Both the position numbers and the translations under genes were made by a program. Shown here piece by piece: positions 14,155 through 28,518 of a DNA stretch of 64,000 bases. The first letter of the stretch is position 1. Each line of letters opens with the position of its first letter. The stretch is from Octopus bimaculoides (taxonomy: Eukaryota), in assembly GCF_001194135.2 (NCBI RefSeq), contig NC_068998.1:54980534-55044533 (forward strand), read 5' to 3'. The notes below the pieces were generated by a model, which had not been told where the DNA came from, ran no database searches, and was given only the letters and a program-made list of their open reading frames with translations.

Positions 14155-16475
14155 TTTCAAGCGAACAACAATACTCTCCTTGGATATATTAATTTTACTA
14201 TTTTTGATGATATGAGCCAATTAAGTAAATTAGAGCTATGATCTTAACTTAAGTAATAACTTTTGTTTTTTAATGTTAAAAACCTTAATGCAACTTGTAA
14301 GTAACAATTTTAGTTTTAAAAATTGTAAATTAGATCAATATTTTCATCACTAGCAATTATTTCTCCTAACCAGTTTCTATAAAATAGATGATAGGAATAT
14401 TCCTGGACAGAGCAGAAGTCTTTCACTGGAATCTCTTTTCAGCCAATCAAATGGTTTCTTCTTAAAGTTTACTTTTGAATATCAATTAACCTCTTTACTT
14501 TATGCTTACAGAGTTTATTCTTCAATATCACAATTCACACAGAACAGATCGCATTCAGTTTTTTTTTTATTTTCTATTTCCAGTAAATGTTGGTCTTTTA
14601 ACATGAATGACCGAAGTTGAATTATCAGTTAAATATTATGCTTCTGACATACTGTGTGTGGGTGTGTGTGAGCACGTGCAGCAAAGGTGAAAGACACCTT
14701 TTACTGATAACATCTGACTAAAACTGATGAAAGAAGTTTTGCTTTTAAGAGAATGGTGAGATTGGAGAATGTTTCAGCAGAAAGAAATTGATAAAAGTTC
14801 CTTGAAGGGAAAAGAGAAAGTTATTTGATAGATGACACTTCACATAAAATGTGAGATGGAAATGTTCAATGCTGACCTTTTAATGACAGTAGTGAGTGTG
14901 CTTGAGTAGATGAGATCGATATAAGAACACAGGTTGAGTCCATAATCACTTGTCTAGAAATAGCAACCAAATCTCACTCATATCACACTACACCTTCTTA
15001 GAAAAAAGAGGAAGGATACATTAGACAATGTAGTTTTGAGTACCCACCAAACAATGGAATGGTCACTATTGGAATGTATTTCCTTCAGTGCTGCTAATCT
15101 CAAGCCAAACAACATAGACATGATTATGGAAGGGAAGAGGGATTGTTTAATCTAAAACAGACATTTTTACCATTTTTACGAAATTTTGCTTAGAAACTGT
15201 AGACTACACAAATAGTTAGAGTTTTATGAGAGCAAAACAAAATGTTTATTGTTTCTTTAGCAAATAGTATTTTCTCGTGATGTAAAGAAGGAGTGAATTT
15301 GTGGACATGTTTTACCAGTTGCTAATAAAAATACAATAAAATGTTTATTCAGCTCAGCTTAGATTAGATTTGTATGTTTTTGATAAACTGAAAGAAAACA
15401 ACTGATTTAATAAACTCCAAACATACTTCACGCCCGCATATACATACACATATATACATTGATATCAGTTTTTATTGATATTATTGATGCTTTTCGTTGC
15501 AATCACTCTTTGTGCCAAATATGGTCTTCTGTTTTCAAAACTAACATTTGCCTCCTTTGTAATTGATTATAGACTCAACGTTTTGTTTGTCATTGATCAT
15601 TGTCAGTGATAGTCCACCAGTTCATATTGATTTCCTTAATTATATTTAACTAAGATCAATCAAATTATCTATACAATATGCCATGCTAATCAATATCAGC
15701 TAAGAAATAGGCTAAGAGGTGATTATATATCAAACTGTTTAATTCTTTTTTCTTTAAATAAAATCCTTTTTGTAATTTTATTTGAGATTCCTAAATAGAT
15801 CTCTGATTTTGAACCTAAACAGGTTTACCTCTTTGGGATTATGCATTAAAATGTTTTACTGTTTTCCATCTATTTTTTCATGTTGGGGTTCTTATGAACA
15901 TTTTGGACGTTTGCATTTTGTCGGATGTGAAATGTTTTCCATTGTGAAGTTTGAAATGGTAACTATTCTCCCTCAACATGTCTAAAACAGGCATAAAATG
16001 TTTGCTTGCTTAGTGGAGTAAAGTTATTTTGTTGCCAGAGAATACTAAATGCCCACCATTGCAGTTTCTGCAATCCCTTAATGACCACCAAAAGCCAAAT
16101 CCACAAATGACCCACTCTCCTCCTCCAACATCCAGCAGCAAGTTCTTGCCTTTAAGAAATTTGATGGAAACCATGTTGTTGCTCTCAACATCAGCAAAAC
16201 TCCTGATTGCGTCTCCTATGGAAACTGCCTGTCCATGGGGTTCACCCATCTCTCATCTCCTGCATCAATAGCTTTTAGTAATAAATTTATTTCTTGGTGT
16301 TTAGTTTCCCCTCTCCTCTTCATTTCCTTATTTATTCCGTTTCGTTACTTCCGACTGTTGCTGCTCTCTCAGAACAATGTGACTGCTCTTCTATTGCTGT
16401 AAATGTCAGCATGGTCATAGATTGCCATTGACAACTTTCAATGAGATATTGATATGTCAAATCAGAGAGAAATAA

Positions 16476-16506
<31 letters not shown>

Positions 16507-16770
16507 TTGAGAAAGGAAACTGTTTACACTCAGCCGAATCCTCTGTACAGCAAATGACGTGGAGTTTGATGAAAGACAACTGATATGAAGACATTGAATT
16601 CCCTTATTGATGAAGCATTTCAGTGACTCTAACAATTGTTTCAAGAACATTTAACCGAGAAACATGCACATTAATGTTATATATTCCAAGTGCATTTGTG
16701 TTAATATGCCCATCACTTATTTAATGATTTTCAACTAACTTTAAATATAATGATAATCCTTTCTGCTATA

Positions 16771-17197
16771 GGCACAAGGTCTGAATTTTGGGGGAGGGCA
16801 TAAGTTGATTATATCAACCCCAGTACTCCACTGGTACCTATTTTATTGATCCTGAAAGGAGAAAAGGCAAAGTCAGTCATGGTGGAATTTGAACTCAGAA
16901 CATAAAGATGGACAAGCATTTTGCCTGATGTGCTGACAATTCTGCCATCTCACCGTCTTAATAATAATAATAACAATAATGGTTTCAAATTTTGGCACAA
17001 GGCCAGCAATTTTGAGGGGAGGAGCAAGTCTATTACATCAGCCCCAGTACTGCACTGGTACTTATTTTTATCAACCCTGAAAGGATGAAAGGCAAAGTCG
17101 ACCACGGTGGAATTTGAACTCAAAATGTAAAGACAGATGAAATGCTGCTAAGCATTTCGCCCAGTCTGCTTCCGATTCTGCCACTCGACCGCCTCAG
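16771..17197 (-). mobile_element. Head-to-tail pair of SINE family 1 copies separated by (AAT)n
   Basis: 16771-16960 and 16981-17197 are each near full length, with B-box-like gagttcaaattcc on the minus strand. Confidence 0.85.
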
Positions 17198-17580
17198 ATA
17201 ATAATAATAATCACAGATGAGTTGCATGCTTGTGTGTTCCCATAGTTTAGACAGACTTCTGTCTGATGGCAAACCATGCTGTTTTCTACTTGTAAAGGAG
17301 TTTTAGATTCATGCTGCAGTTTGCTAACAGAAGATATTTAGGAATCAACTCTTTTGGCTAGAAGCAGGTATGTGGATTGGAACCTTTGGTCATCACATTG
17401 ACATGTGAAATTTACAACAGCCATCAATAAAACTCACACACACACACACACACATTATTATTATTATTAGTGAATGAAGCAGTTGGTGTTGGAGGAGTGG
17501 GATAGACAAAGCTAATAGTACAGACCTGTTTTCATTATAATGATTTAGCTTATTATCTTAGATGATAATACAGACTTGCA

Positions 17581-17644
<64 letters not shown>

Positions 17645-18099
17645 AGAGAGAGCATGATGTCATGTATTCAATAGAGATGCTGTATTGAAACATTTAATCA
17701 ATTTCATTACAACTGGACTATAAGCAATTTGGCTAAGAAAATTGTTGCATACCAAATTAGTTTTGTGCTTCAGTGTAACAAGTTATTCCACACATAAATC
17801 GATCCCCACTCAGTACTTGTCATATTGGAAACAAAATCATTTGCTGGGTTTTTGTGTAAAATATTACCCTGCCATGTTGACATGGAGGAAGAAATTTTCA
17901 AATGTAAATTTGAAGAGGATTCATTTAAATACATTTCTAAAGCTTTAATTTAAAGATGCGAGTCCTGACTCCCGCACTCTCTGGTAATGCATTGGAACGT
18001 TGTCTTATTTTCCACCACACTACATGAATGAACCTCAGCATCTAAGCTCATGAAAGCTTCATCAGTTCTAGGATATTTTCTGTTATTTAATAATGATAA

Positions 18100-18275
18100 G
18101 GCCCAGGTTGCATAGTTAAGAAGTTTGCTTTGCATCCACCTGGTTTCAGGTTCAATTCCACTGTGTGACACCTTGGCCAAGTATTTTCTACTCTAGCCTC
18201 AAGTTTGACTCATGGTTTGTAAATAAAATTTGGTAAATGGAAACTGCACAGAAGCCTGCCTTGTGTGTGTGTGTA
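18100..18275 (+). mobile_element. SINE family 2, 5' half
   Basis: tagttaagaagtttgct...caggttcaattccactg...ccttggccaagtattttctact. Confidence 0.75.
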
Positions 18276-20290
18276 AATATGCATCTATGTACACACACAT
18301 ACACACACAGATGCTGGCACCAAATTTGATTTGGTATATAACAAGTCTCATACACTTGAGATGCATCAATTGGTTAACAATTTGGCATGTGATTGCTTAG
18401 GTCAGAGCACTGGAATCCAGGAAGCCAATGTTTGGAATTAACAGCTCCAAGAACAACCTTTCCAGATTTAAACTTCACCATTTTAAGCACATCCTCTGGA
18501 ATAGGGAAATCAATTCCCATACCTTGAAGACTCCTCTCTATACAAGTGTGAGAAGGATGTGGGAAACAGAATTTGTGCTAACCATGATGCCTTTGGGAGA
18601 CAACTCTGCCATGTTTTCAGAAAGAAAGACTTCAAACAACAAATTCATGACATTGTCAAGTTGTCATCATCTCAATCTGTGACTGTTTAGCAATCAAAGA
18701 AACTTGAGTGCTTTCACCAGCAGAAATCAGATGTGAAGACTACAGGAAATGTTGAGTCTCTGAGAAAGCTCAAACCATCAGCATCAAGCAGTGACTCATA
18801 TAAATAGGTTTCATGTGTTGTATGAGTCTTGTCACGTTTCCTTATCAGATTCTTTACAGTAAACTCTACACTGGTAAAAATAGTCCATGGCTACCCCATG
18901 CGACATTACAAAGATCAACTTGGACTGAACAGAAGTTGAAAACCAACTTACAGAAAAGAAAAGAAAAAGAGAACAACTCTGGCATCAAACTGTCTTGACT
19001 GGTGTAGAACAGTTTGAACAATAACATCATCAAGATGAAGAAGACAAAATTATAAAGATGAGAAATCTTGTAATAAAGCAAGTGTGCACTTGTAATAAAA
19101 CAAGTGTGACTTGTGCAGATGCAGATTTTCATTACAAAGAGCAATCTTGTCAGTAATCAGAAACAACAAATGGGGAGTGATGGGAGAAAATAAAATCCTT
19201 AGGAATGAGGAAACAACAACAGTCGTATTTATTTCCGAATCCTCTGGTGTTCTTCACTGATTATTTTTCAAGTGGCAGAACAATCCTTTTCTGGTTTATT
19301 TTCCACTGAATTCAAATGACAATGACATGTTTTTGTGACTTTCCTCTATTTCATTAAATACTTCAATACTGGAACTTTAGGTAATTATTTAGTTTTTAAT
19401 TTTTTTAATGACTACTGTTAATTACTTTATGATATAGCTTTAACCATTCACATCTATTTTTATCTTTTTTTTTTTTTAATGATTTCTCTGTTGTTTACCT
19501 TGATGTTTGTCTGGTGNNNNNNNNNNGTCAGCAATAAGTGTGTAAACAAGTGTTTGTGCATGTGAACATAAATAATTGATAGTGCAAAAAATTAATTCTA
19601 ATTACATTATATAATTAAAGACTACGTTAAAAACAATATCTCTCTTTACAGTAATTAATAATTCAGTTTTTTCTTCTTCATTTTCCTCTCTGAATATTTG
19701 AGTGTATTTTTTTTTTTTTGATAATATTATTCAACTCACTTTAGGGAAATAACCACTTTTAATAACATCAGACATTTTTTTTTTTTTTTGAATATGCTCA
19801 GAAAACATAAAGTAGTATTTTCCAAACTTGCGACTATCATAAAAGTGTATTTTCTTCTTCTTCTTTCATCTCTAACTCATAAAAACCAGGGCTCTATGCA
19901 AAACATTTGTTTGAATTGTGACATCATAATGCCACAGTTCTATATTTCATTATTCATTAATCTTAATCAGAATTATCATATCAACTTCTTTAACAACAGA
20001 ATTCTTTTAATCATCACTCGTTTCTATTATGTCCAATGTACTTTGTACTCCTTGGAGTGATGGTGTTAGATTACTTAAATCTCGAGAAAGCAGAATTGTT
20101 CCAACTCATTTATTGAGAGAAAATAAATTGTTTTTCATCAAATTTGGACAACATTTAGTCCAAACAACCTCTAATAAATCTGAAAACAATATGAATTGAA
20201 ATGAAATTACAAAAACTAAAAGAAGACCTGTTAGAAGGGTGAGGAAAGAGAATGACTCCCTTTACATTTTTGGAAGTGGTCTTTTATATA

Positions 20291-20628
20291 GGCACACACA
20301 TGGCTGTAGGGTTAAGAAGCCTGCTTTGCAACCACTTGGTTTCAGGTTCAGTTCCACTGCACAGCACCTTGGGCAAGTGTCTTTTACTACAATTCCAAGC
20401 TGACCAATGCTTTGTGAGTGAATTTGATAAACAGAAACTATGAGGAACTCTATTGTGTGTTTGTCCTCCTCACTGCTTGACAACTGGTGTTTGTTTGTTT
20501 ACACCCTTGTACAAGACTTTTAAGAAATAAAAAAATAAATTCTGAGGTTGATCTTTTCAACTAAATCCTTCAAGTCAGAGCTCCAGTATGGTCACAGCCC
20601 AGTGACTGAGACAAGTAAAAGATGAAGA
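20291..20628 (+). mobile_element. tRNA-derived SINE family 2, near full length
   Basis: A/B-box head tggctgtagggttaagaag...caggttcagttccactg...ccttgggcaagtgtctt; 3' end gctccagtatgg...tgactga.acaagtaaaaga (3' part also at 8711-8810). Confidence 0.8.
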
Positions 20629-21666
20629 ATATTCTAGCAATAACGTTTTTGCTATTTGAAGAGCCGTAATGCCCTATACAACAAAATAACCAGAGTTCAC
20701 ATGAAGGAGTTGGCTATCTCCTAAGTGACTCTTTTTCTTTACACTCTCTTCTACAATTATGTTAGATATTCTTTCTCTGAATAATTGTTACAAAATCAAT
20801 AGTATCCACATTTGATTTAAGCACTGATTTTTACACAAACCTGTTGAATTTCTATAGATCTATTCTCAATGTCAGGTGGGGATGCAGTTTAAAGAAATAC
20901 CTCTTTTGTATTTCAAAATTAACAATGTAATATATACATTTGTTCACATTCAAAATTAGAGAACGGACACAAGAATTTTCCATTATTCTGATTCTGAACA
21001 GCAAACAATATACATTGAATAATGTACTAGGCCCAAGTGAAAAATTGGACATAGTCATAGCTTTGAAGAACAAGGTGAAATATTCTTAATCACTCAAGGT
21101 TAATCTGGAGCTAAATACTAATCAACTAACTTCATACTTAAATAGATTTAATTAGTTATCAGTTTCATAAACTACTCTATAAAATATCAACAAATATTCT
21201 ATACCTTACTATAATGGGTGTTATGTCCGATCCTGTTTTGATATCTTGTTGTTCAGTTCTTTCACAAGAGACTTCATAAAAGAAACAGCCAAAAGCCTTC
21301 CACTTATTATTATTCCATCTTTTTTTTTTGTCTTTTATTCAGACATATTGTATCCTGGACTCCATCATCTAATGTATCTTTTAGATTTTTTAGGTAGGCA
21401 GGGCTATCTGGCTGCTGTCTCTAGTAAATCAGTGATAGCATAGAGGCTCTCTTGTTAGATGTGTTTAGAGAGATTTTCTATAATAGGATTTTCAACAACA
21501 GTATCTTATGTATTAAACCTCCATGTCTTCCACACCTACAGAGGCTATACTTACAGCCACACTCTTAATTTCATATTGGAAGTCAGAAAACTAATTGCAG
21601 GAGATAAATGAAACAGTAACTCGCTTTTCAGAAGCCTCTCTCTGTTTCTCTCTCTCTGTCTCTCTC

Positions 21667-21713
<47 letters not shown>

Positions 21714-22839
21714 CTCCCTGTGGAGATGGTTTACTATTTTGTTAAATGAATAACCTATTTGTGATAATCCTGTTGACGATAATCATATCAACGTTTTACT
21801 ATTTTTACATAAGCGGACACTGAAACCTGCCTGTAAGTACTTCCTACTGTTTCTATGAGGACCAAAGCACATCCTTGATGTTTATTTCTCTTCAAGTGAC
21901 ACTCATTAAGTTTCCCTCATTTCACCTTAACTATACTCTGCAGACTTTTATCTTTGTTGGGATTTTGCAAAGGGAAGAGAGGGATTATTAACAACTTCCT
22001 GTCTGATATGTTGAAAGATTGATCTTGATTAAACATTTTGTATGAAAAGCACAGTTTCCGTGTGAACTTCTTTACCTTGACATCTGCTCCATTGATGATA
22101 CTGGAAACTTTCGACTTGGGAACTAAAAAATCACTAAATGGCTTTCAAAGATTTCTCTTTTTAAAATCATAATTTCCTGCCAGAATTAGACATTTCTATA
22201 TCTTTGATGTTAAGCAAGTAAATTTATAGATAAATTGTTATTTATCTTCACTACATATCAAAGTTATTTTATAGATTTTAACATAAAATTTAAAGAACAA
22301 AATTATATTTTCATATACTTTACACTGACTAGAAATTTCACAGTCGTTTCCGGCTGCTGTTTCACTCAATATTTCCTTTAAAAGAAGAAAAAAGAAAGAA
22401 AAAAAAACAACCAACAAACAAACAAATCTTCTCAATTATCCAAAATCCAAACAGCTTCCTGTTGTTGAATTCCATGTAGTAACTGCAACATAAGTTTCAT
22501 ATTATTTTCAATTTAGACATTTTCAATAGTATTTTAATAAGCTACTTGATATCAATTTGCTTGTTAAGTGGTTATTTTGAGATTACTCCAAATTAGAGTT
22601 AACACAAACCTCAACTATTACAACTCAAATCATTATTTTAACATTCATTTGAAAAGGTAAGATGATTTTCTTCATGTTAAATAGTTCCTGTGAATTTAAT
22701 TTTTTATTTTACCATTTTAGTGTATTTTAAAAAAATAACGGAATTTTTTTTTTTTGTAGAATAAGTTTTATGAGGTATGTTAAATGTTTGGTGATATTAA
22801 ATGGCCAGAGAGATGTTATTCTATGGCTGTAACAAGCCA

Positions 22840-23046
22840 AAAGCAGCACAAGAGGGGTTATCATTAGCATGTCCGATAAAATGCTTTGTAGCATTTCTTC
22901 CAGTTTGTTATGTTCTGAGTTCAGATTCTGCTAAGGTCGACTCTGCCTTTCATCTTGTCAGGTTTGATAAAATAATTACCAGTCAAGCACTAAACCAACT
23001 AGAACCCTCCCCACAAATTTTATGCTTTGTGCCTAGAGCAGAAAGG

Positions 23047-23078
<32 letters not shown>
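22840..23078 (+). mobile_element. SINE family 1 with (ATT)n tail
   Basis: ctgagttcagattctgctaaggtcgactctgcctttcatc...gataaaataattaccag, then (ATT)n. Confidence 0.8.
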
Positions 23079-23079
<1 letters not shown>

Positions 23080-24850
23080 GTATAAGCACAGAGTTAATTA
23101 GTTTATGACTAGTATTTCATATCTCAACCAGATACATTACATTATCTTTATTCTGACTGATTTGAGTGCATCAGGTAAGGAAGCAGCAACATTCTCAGAA
23201 ATAGTAAATTTCACTATTTATATTTTGTCTATGAAAAAAATCTAATCTGTTTCTTTCAAGAGTTAAAATAAGACTTAAATTCCAAAGATTGGTACTTTGT
23301 ACTGAATGGTAGCTGCATTACTACATTGAAAAGCTAGTATCTTGTAATTAAATATCTACAATAAAATATCAAAGAAAGCTTATAGGGTAGTAATAGCTTG
23401 ATGATTGAAACCCATTCTACTAGAAAAGCAGGCTTCCACAGTTTTTTTCTTTCTACTTCTTGCACCAGTCAACATGTATTTCATTCCTCAATGAACACAA
23501 TAGATTTACTTTATGTTGGTGACTTAAAATTGAAATTTCTAAATATAAACTTTTTTTTCTGCTATAATTATTGCAAACTATTTTACTGCTTTCATTATAT
23601 TTTTACCAAACATACAACTGATTTTCAGCAGTATATAATATTTACAAAAAAAAAAAATAAATAAAAGCACTGTAGTTAACTAGTTTTTCCAACTATGCAG
23701 GATACATTATTCATATAGTAACCCAAGCTGGTGTAGGCATCTTATCTTCATAAAATCAAAAAACCATGACTTTGAGAGAAACAGTTTTCCACATTCCAAA
23801 TTTTTGAAGCATGGAATAAGCTACCTTTGTTGTTTGTCAGCTGTTGGGACTCAGCAGCCTTCAAAAATTTCCATTCTTCCAGAAACTCACCAACACTACA
23901 CCGATCTTGCATATATGCAGCCTCTTCTCCCGTTTATCACCTTTCTCCTGTTCACTTCTTTCTTATTTTCCAGTCTTCTCTTTTTATCTTGTCTTCTATA
24001 CTTTTAGGAGGTGCCATTGCTGTCTTTCTTCACTTGACTTATTCTTGCTTTTCTGTCCCCCCCCCCCAAGTTCAGGTCTTGTGTTTTATAGAAGAAAGGA
24101 TTATATCACCAAATGCAGTCGTGGACTAACTCCTGCCCTAAATAAGCATAATAAAAGTCAGACCCCTCAAGCACGAACAGTTTCAGTGAATGAATTCCAC
24201 TCTGACCTATTCTTCCAGGCTTTTGTCACAACTATTTCTTGTACCAGACATTACACTCATTGATGAATAAACCAATCAAAGATGATTCTTTAGACTTGCA
24301 ACTATGAATTTCTATTTGTCTAATTCAAAGAATTCTGTCTCGACCCCTGCATGGATATTGTCCAGAAGATATTCTATTTCGTATAGTGATGGCATTGTTT
24401 TTGTCTTGCTATTTTAACATATTATCAACCATCTGTAATATAAACATTTTAAATGGATAAGCCTCTCTTGAAAATATCAGCAAATAGATAACAGCCACAA
24501 ATTAGGAAATAATAGTGTTTGTACACAAATGCTGTATTTGGCATCAATAGTATCTGTCATAGTTGCACCATGTTGCAATTGCTTTGTATAATCAAATCAT
24601 CTTTAATCAGCAGAGATATAACCCTTGGAATCATCAAAAACAATTGACAATATTCCATTCTTTATTATAACCAAAATTTCCTATCAATAATATGATCAAA
24701 ATTGTTAATTGATTTCTAACAAAATTATTAGAAATCAATGTCTTCAAAACAAAAAATGTCTTCCTAACCTTCAAAGTAATTTTTTTCTAAATGTCGTCCG
24801 TCTCTTGTTTAGAACCTGTGGCACTGATAGTTGTCTTTTTCTGTTTCTAG

Positions 24851-24958
24851 TCGGACAACAAGGTTCGAGCTGAAGGACTTCATCAAGTACAACACAAGAA
24901 TGCTTCATCATCCAAGTTACAACAGTGTGTTGATCATCCATTAGCAGAAACTACAGAC
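24851..24958 (+). CDS. Putative upstream exon (108 nt, phase 0-0) of the BNIP2/PRUNE2/caytaxin-family gene; may be 5'UTR
   Basis: tttctgtttctag acceptor and GAC|gtaagt donor; open frame SDNKVRAEGLHQVQHKNASSSKLQQCVDHPLAETTD; phase matches the exon at 32339; no recognisable homology. Confidence 0.55.
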
Positions 24959-27900
24959 GTAAGTATCATTCTCACCAACTCTTTTATCTTTATTCAAAGT
25001 AGATCCTAAAAGAAATGATTTCAGTTTAGTTTTGAAATATTAATGAATCTTTCACACAAATCAACTATTTATTATATTTGACTTGTCTGTTGATATTTCG
25101 AATTGGTATAATAATGCTAAAGATGGAAGAGTAAGGCTGCTTGATAATGCTCAATGGATGAACTTCTGGGGAGGGAAAATTGTACCAAGCACTTATGAGT
25201 ATGTTTTGGTTATTAGGCAGCACAGAGCTGATTAGGGGAGAAGAGAAACCAACTGAATTAAGGGTTTGTTAAGAAGTTGATGAGATCACAATATCTTTAA
25301 ACAATGATACAAACTGTTTTGACTATATCATTACATTTCTCATAATCAATCACAGCAAAGCCGGAACATTCAATAAGGCCGTGATCTGTGTTTCATTGAT
25401 TATTATTTTCAGAGCAGGAATCCATTCAATCAAAGAGGACTGATGCAATAGGGTCTGAAAGTAGTAAAGTCAATATTTTCTTCATCCATTTTCTATATTT
25501 GGTCGGTTGAAATAGTTGACACGACTCAAAATGACTGCATTTAAAAAAATAAGAAAGAAAGGAAGAAAGAAAAAAAAAACTTGATTTTAACCCAGCAAGG
25601 TTTAACTAAAGCTGTTAAAGACTTGGAAGGAATTAATAATTGTTGTTATTGGCAATGTGGTACAAAGCGCAACCAGTCTTTCCCAGTTTGACTCTGCTAA
25701 TATGTCTACACAGTTAATTAATTTTCTTGCTGTCATTCTTATCTGCTACAAATGGTTCCTGGTTTCCGACTTAAATACACTTTCTTTTGTTTTTTCTCTC
25801 CTTTTCTTTTCTCTCTCTCTCTGTCTCTCTCACTCTCTCTCTCTCTCTCTCACTAGCCACTGCTGAGAATACAAGTCCTTAAATAAGTATTCAGTGAGAT
25901 AAACAGAAATGTCTCTATATTTAGATCTTTAGAAGCAAGTCATAAGAATTTGACTTGTATTAATAATTCATAGTTAGGATATTGGAAATCAATCCTTCCC
26001 TACCTGTTATATATCTGTGTCATGTCTTGCACTAAGTTGAATAATAAATTTAAGATGAGTTCCATTAAACTAAATTGACAAATGTTTGAATAAATATATG
26101 ATTTTATGTGTTCCTATATTTTATAAATGAAAGAAATCTTCCATTTTTACTGATCATTAAGTAAAAAAAAAAACTCTCTATAAATCGGATGAGACACATT
26201 AAGATAGGAACTTGTGTTTTAAAGATGTTTTTTTCTTCCATCTTCTTTTTTTATATTGTGTAGGAGGAATTGTGTTTGGGATGGAATCTGATCTAGTGCT
26301 GAGTGAATTATCTGAGTTATGGATAAGTGTACTATTTATACAAAAGAAAAGAAAAAAAAATGAAAACTAGCTAAAATCAATACATTTAATCAAGTGAGCT
26401 TGTGTTATGCTGCTGTCTCAATGTGTGTTTGCTGTTAGGAATCAAAACAGTGAAGAATAAAAGTTACTAAGGCAACACAATGTGTTTTAGAATTATATAA
26501 TTGGTGGATGAGGAGGTTAATCACCTAAAACAGGAATGTCTTCTGGGGAAAATAAATATTTATTGGCAGTTTTCCTATTTTTCTGACAATGTGTTTGCTG
26601 CAAAGGCTATAAGCATGCTTTATTCCCATCTGCTAATTAATGAGACATACAAATATATTTATATAAATAAGTGTTTTAATACCAAGTGACATAAAATAAT
26701 TATTGTGTCCTCCCCACACACACACACACACACTGATGTTAGCTTTCATCTAAAAGCTAACATTACAGGCTAAATGATGATTGTTTCCTCTTGATATTAA
26801 AAGCATTTATTTAAACAGATTTTTACTTGAAAGCTTTTTGGTATTGTTTTAATATTAAGGTGTTATAGTTGTTTTCAATGGAGCAGGAGAGGAGGGGAGA
26901 TGAATCTGCATCTTTAAAAGACTCTTGAAATTTTGCTTTCTTGCATTCCATCTGTCTTCTCAGTAAATGTTTGTTAACCTGTGACATTTAACCCTGGTAT
27001 ATTTAAATTTCAATTAATTTTCTTAAAGAATTAAGAAAAGACAAAGATCATTAAATGAAAATGAGTGTGAGAGGTGAATGAAAGAGATAACAAATTGAAA
27101 ATAGATGAGAGTAAGAAGAAAAATAAAATGTGAGGAAGAGAGGGGAAAATAATGCTGAGTCATAGAAAAATATTTAATCATTAGATGAGCTTCAGTTTGT
27201 TGGATATCTCTGAGAACTGATTGTAAAATACAATAAACTAATTATTACTTAACAAAATTAGAGAAGGAAGTGTCCGATTGCATTAAATTTAGATAATAGA
27301 AATGGGAATTTTGGATTCTTCTGTTTTGTTCATGTCTTGGCCAAATGGAGAACAATAGCATTGGATACTGGAAACTCTGCAAAAGGAAGGAATAAACCAT
27401 GAATTATGGGTTACAATTGTACAAAACAAAATATCTGAATGTTTGGTTAATTTCTAATTAGAGACGTAACCTGACGGCTTTCAGTATGAATGGACTCCTC
27501 TGCAAAAACTATCCAAAGCACCAAATGAAACAGATTCTAAGTTTACAACCAGAGACATTGAACATTGAATATGGTAGAAGTATTTATTAAGCTGAGCACC
27601 AACTTTATACAAGGTGTAAATAAGCCTCACTATAAAATCTGCAATATTCTACAACCATTGACCTACAACTGAGCTAGATGCCTTAAATGTTATTCCATTA
27701 TGGTGGCTTCTGAAGACAACTGTTTTGTCTACCCATTGCAATAGAATATAGACAGATATAACAGTGAAAATAGATTTTATTCCATCTCCAATAATCACTG
27801 CTTCTTTGAACATGTTGACTCTACACAACAACATCTAAACAAAAAAGTACTTGTATCACTTGTGTTTTGACTCTCAGATGTCTTACTAAACTCTTTTCTC

Positions 27901-28518
27901 AGAAGCACCTTGTTGCTATCAGTGCAAATTAAACAAATTAACCCCTCTCTCACTTATCTTTCTACCCCCACTCTACAAGGGTCTGTCTACGAAGCTGCCA
28001 AAATTGCTCTTCTTCTGTAAACATTCTCAAAACAGTTTCCATCTATATTAATGTCTATTTTCGGTTAATTGACTTTGTCATTAGCTTTGTCATTGTGTGT
28101 GGCAGTAATTTCATTGGATATTATTCAGTAGGAAGAAGCTTTGCTATTGTCATAGAATGGTTTGAACTATAGCAGTTTGATGGAAGGCCAACAACCACTA
28201 AAATTATGCATAAAACACTTTATTACAATAAAGCAATAATATATATTTTTCTCCGTTGTGTCTGTCAATTCTATTGTATTGGGTTGGCAAAATGGCTGTT
28301 TCCATGCACCACCATCACAAAAGAATAGCATTTAAGCTATCTGTTTCTAGAATAACATAGCTCAGCTGTGGGTCAAAGGTTTGTAGAATGGTGGTGGGTG
28401 AGGCATTTGTTGTAACATTTAAAACATCTGTGTAAGGAATGATATTTTGACATGAGGAAGAAGAGCAGCAGGAAAGACATAGGAATCGTTCTGGACCAAA
28501 GAAGAGAAAGTTAAGTAA

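Noticed and set aside
21746-21832. 25-aa hydrophobic small ORF followed by a gtaagt donor
   Set aside because: AT-rich composition readily yields such peptides; no other support
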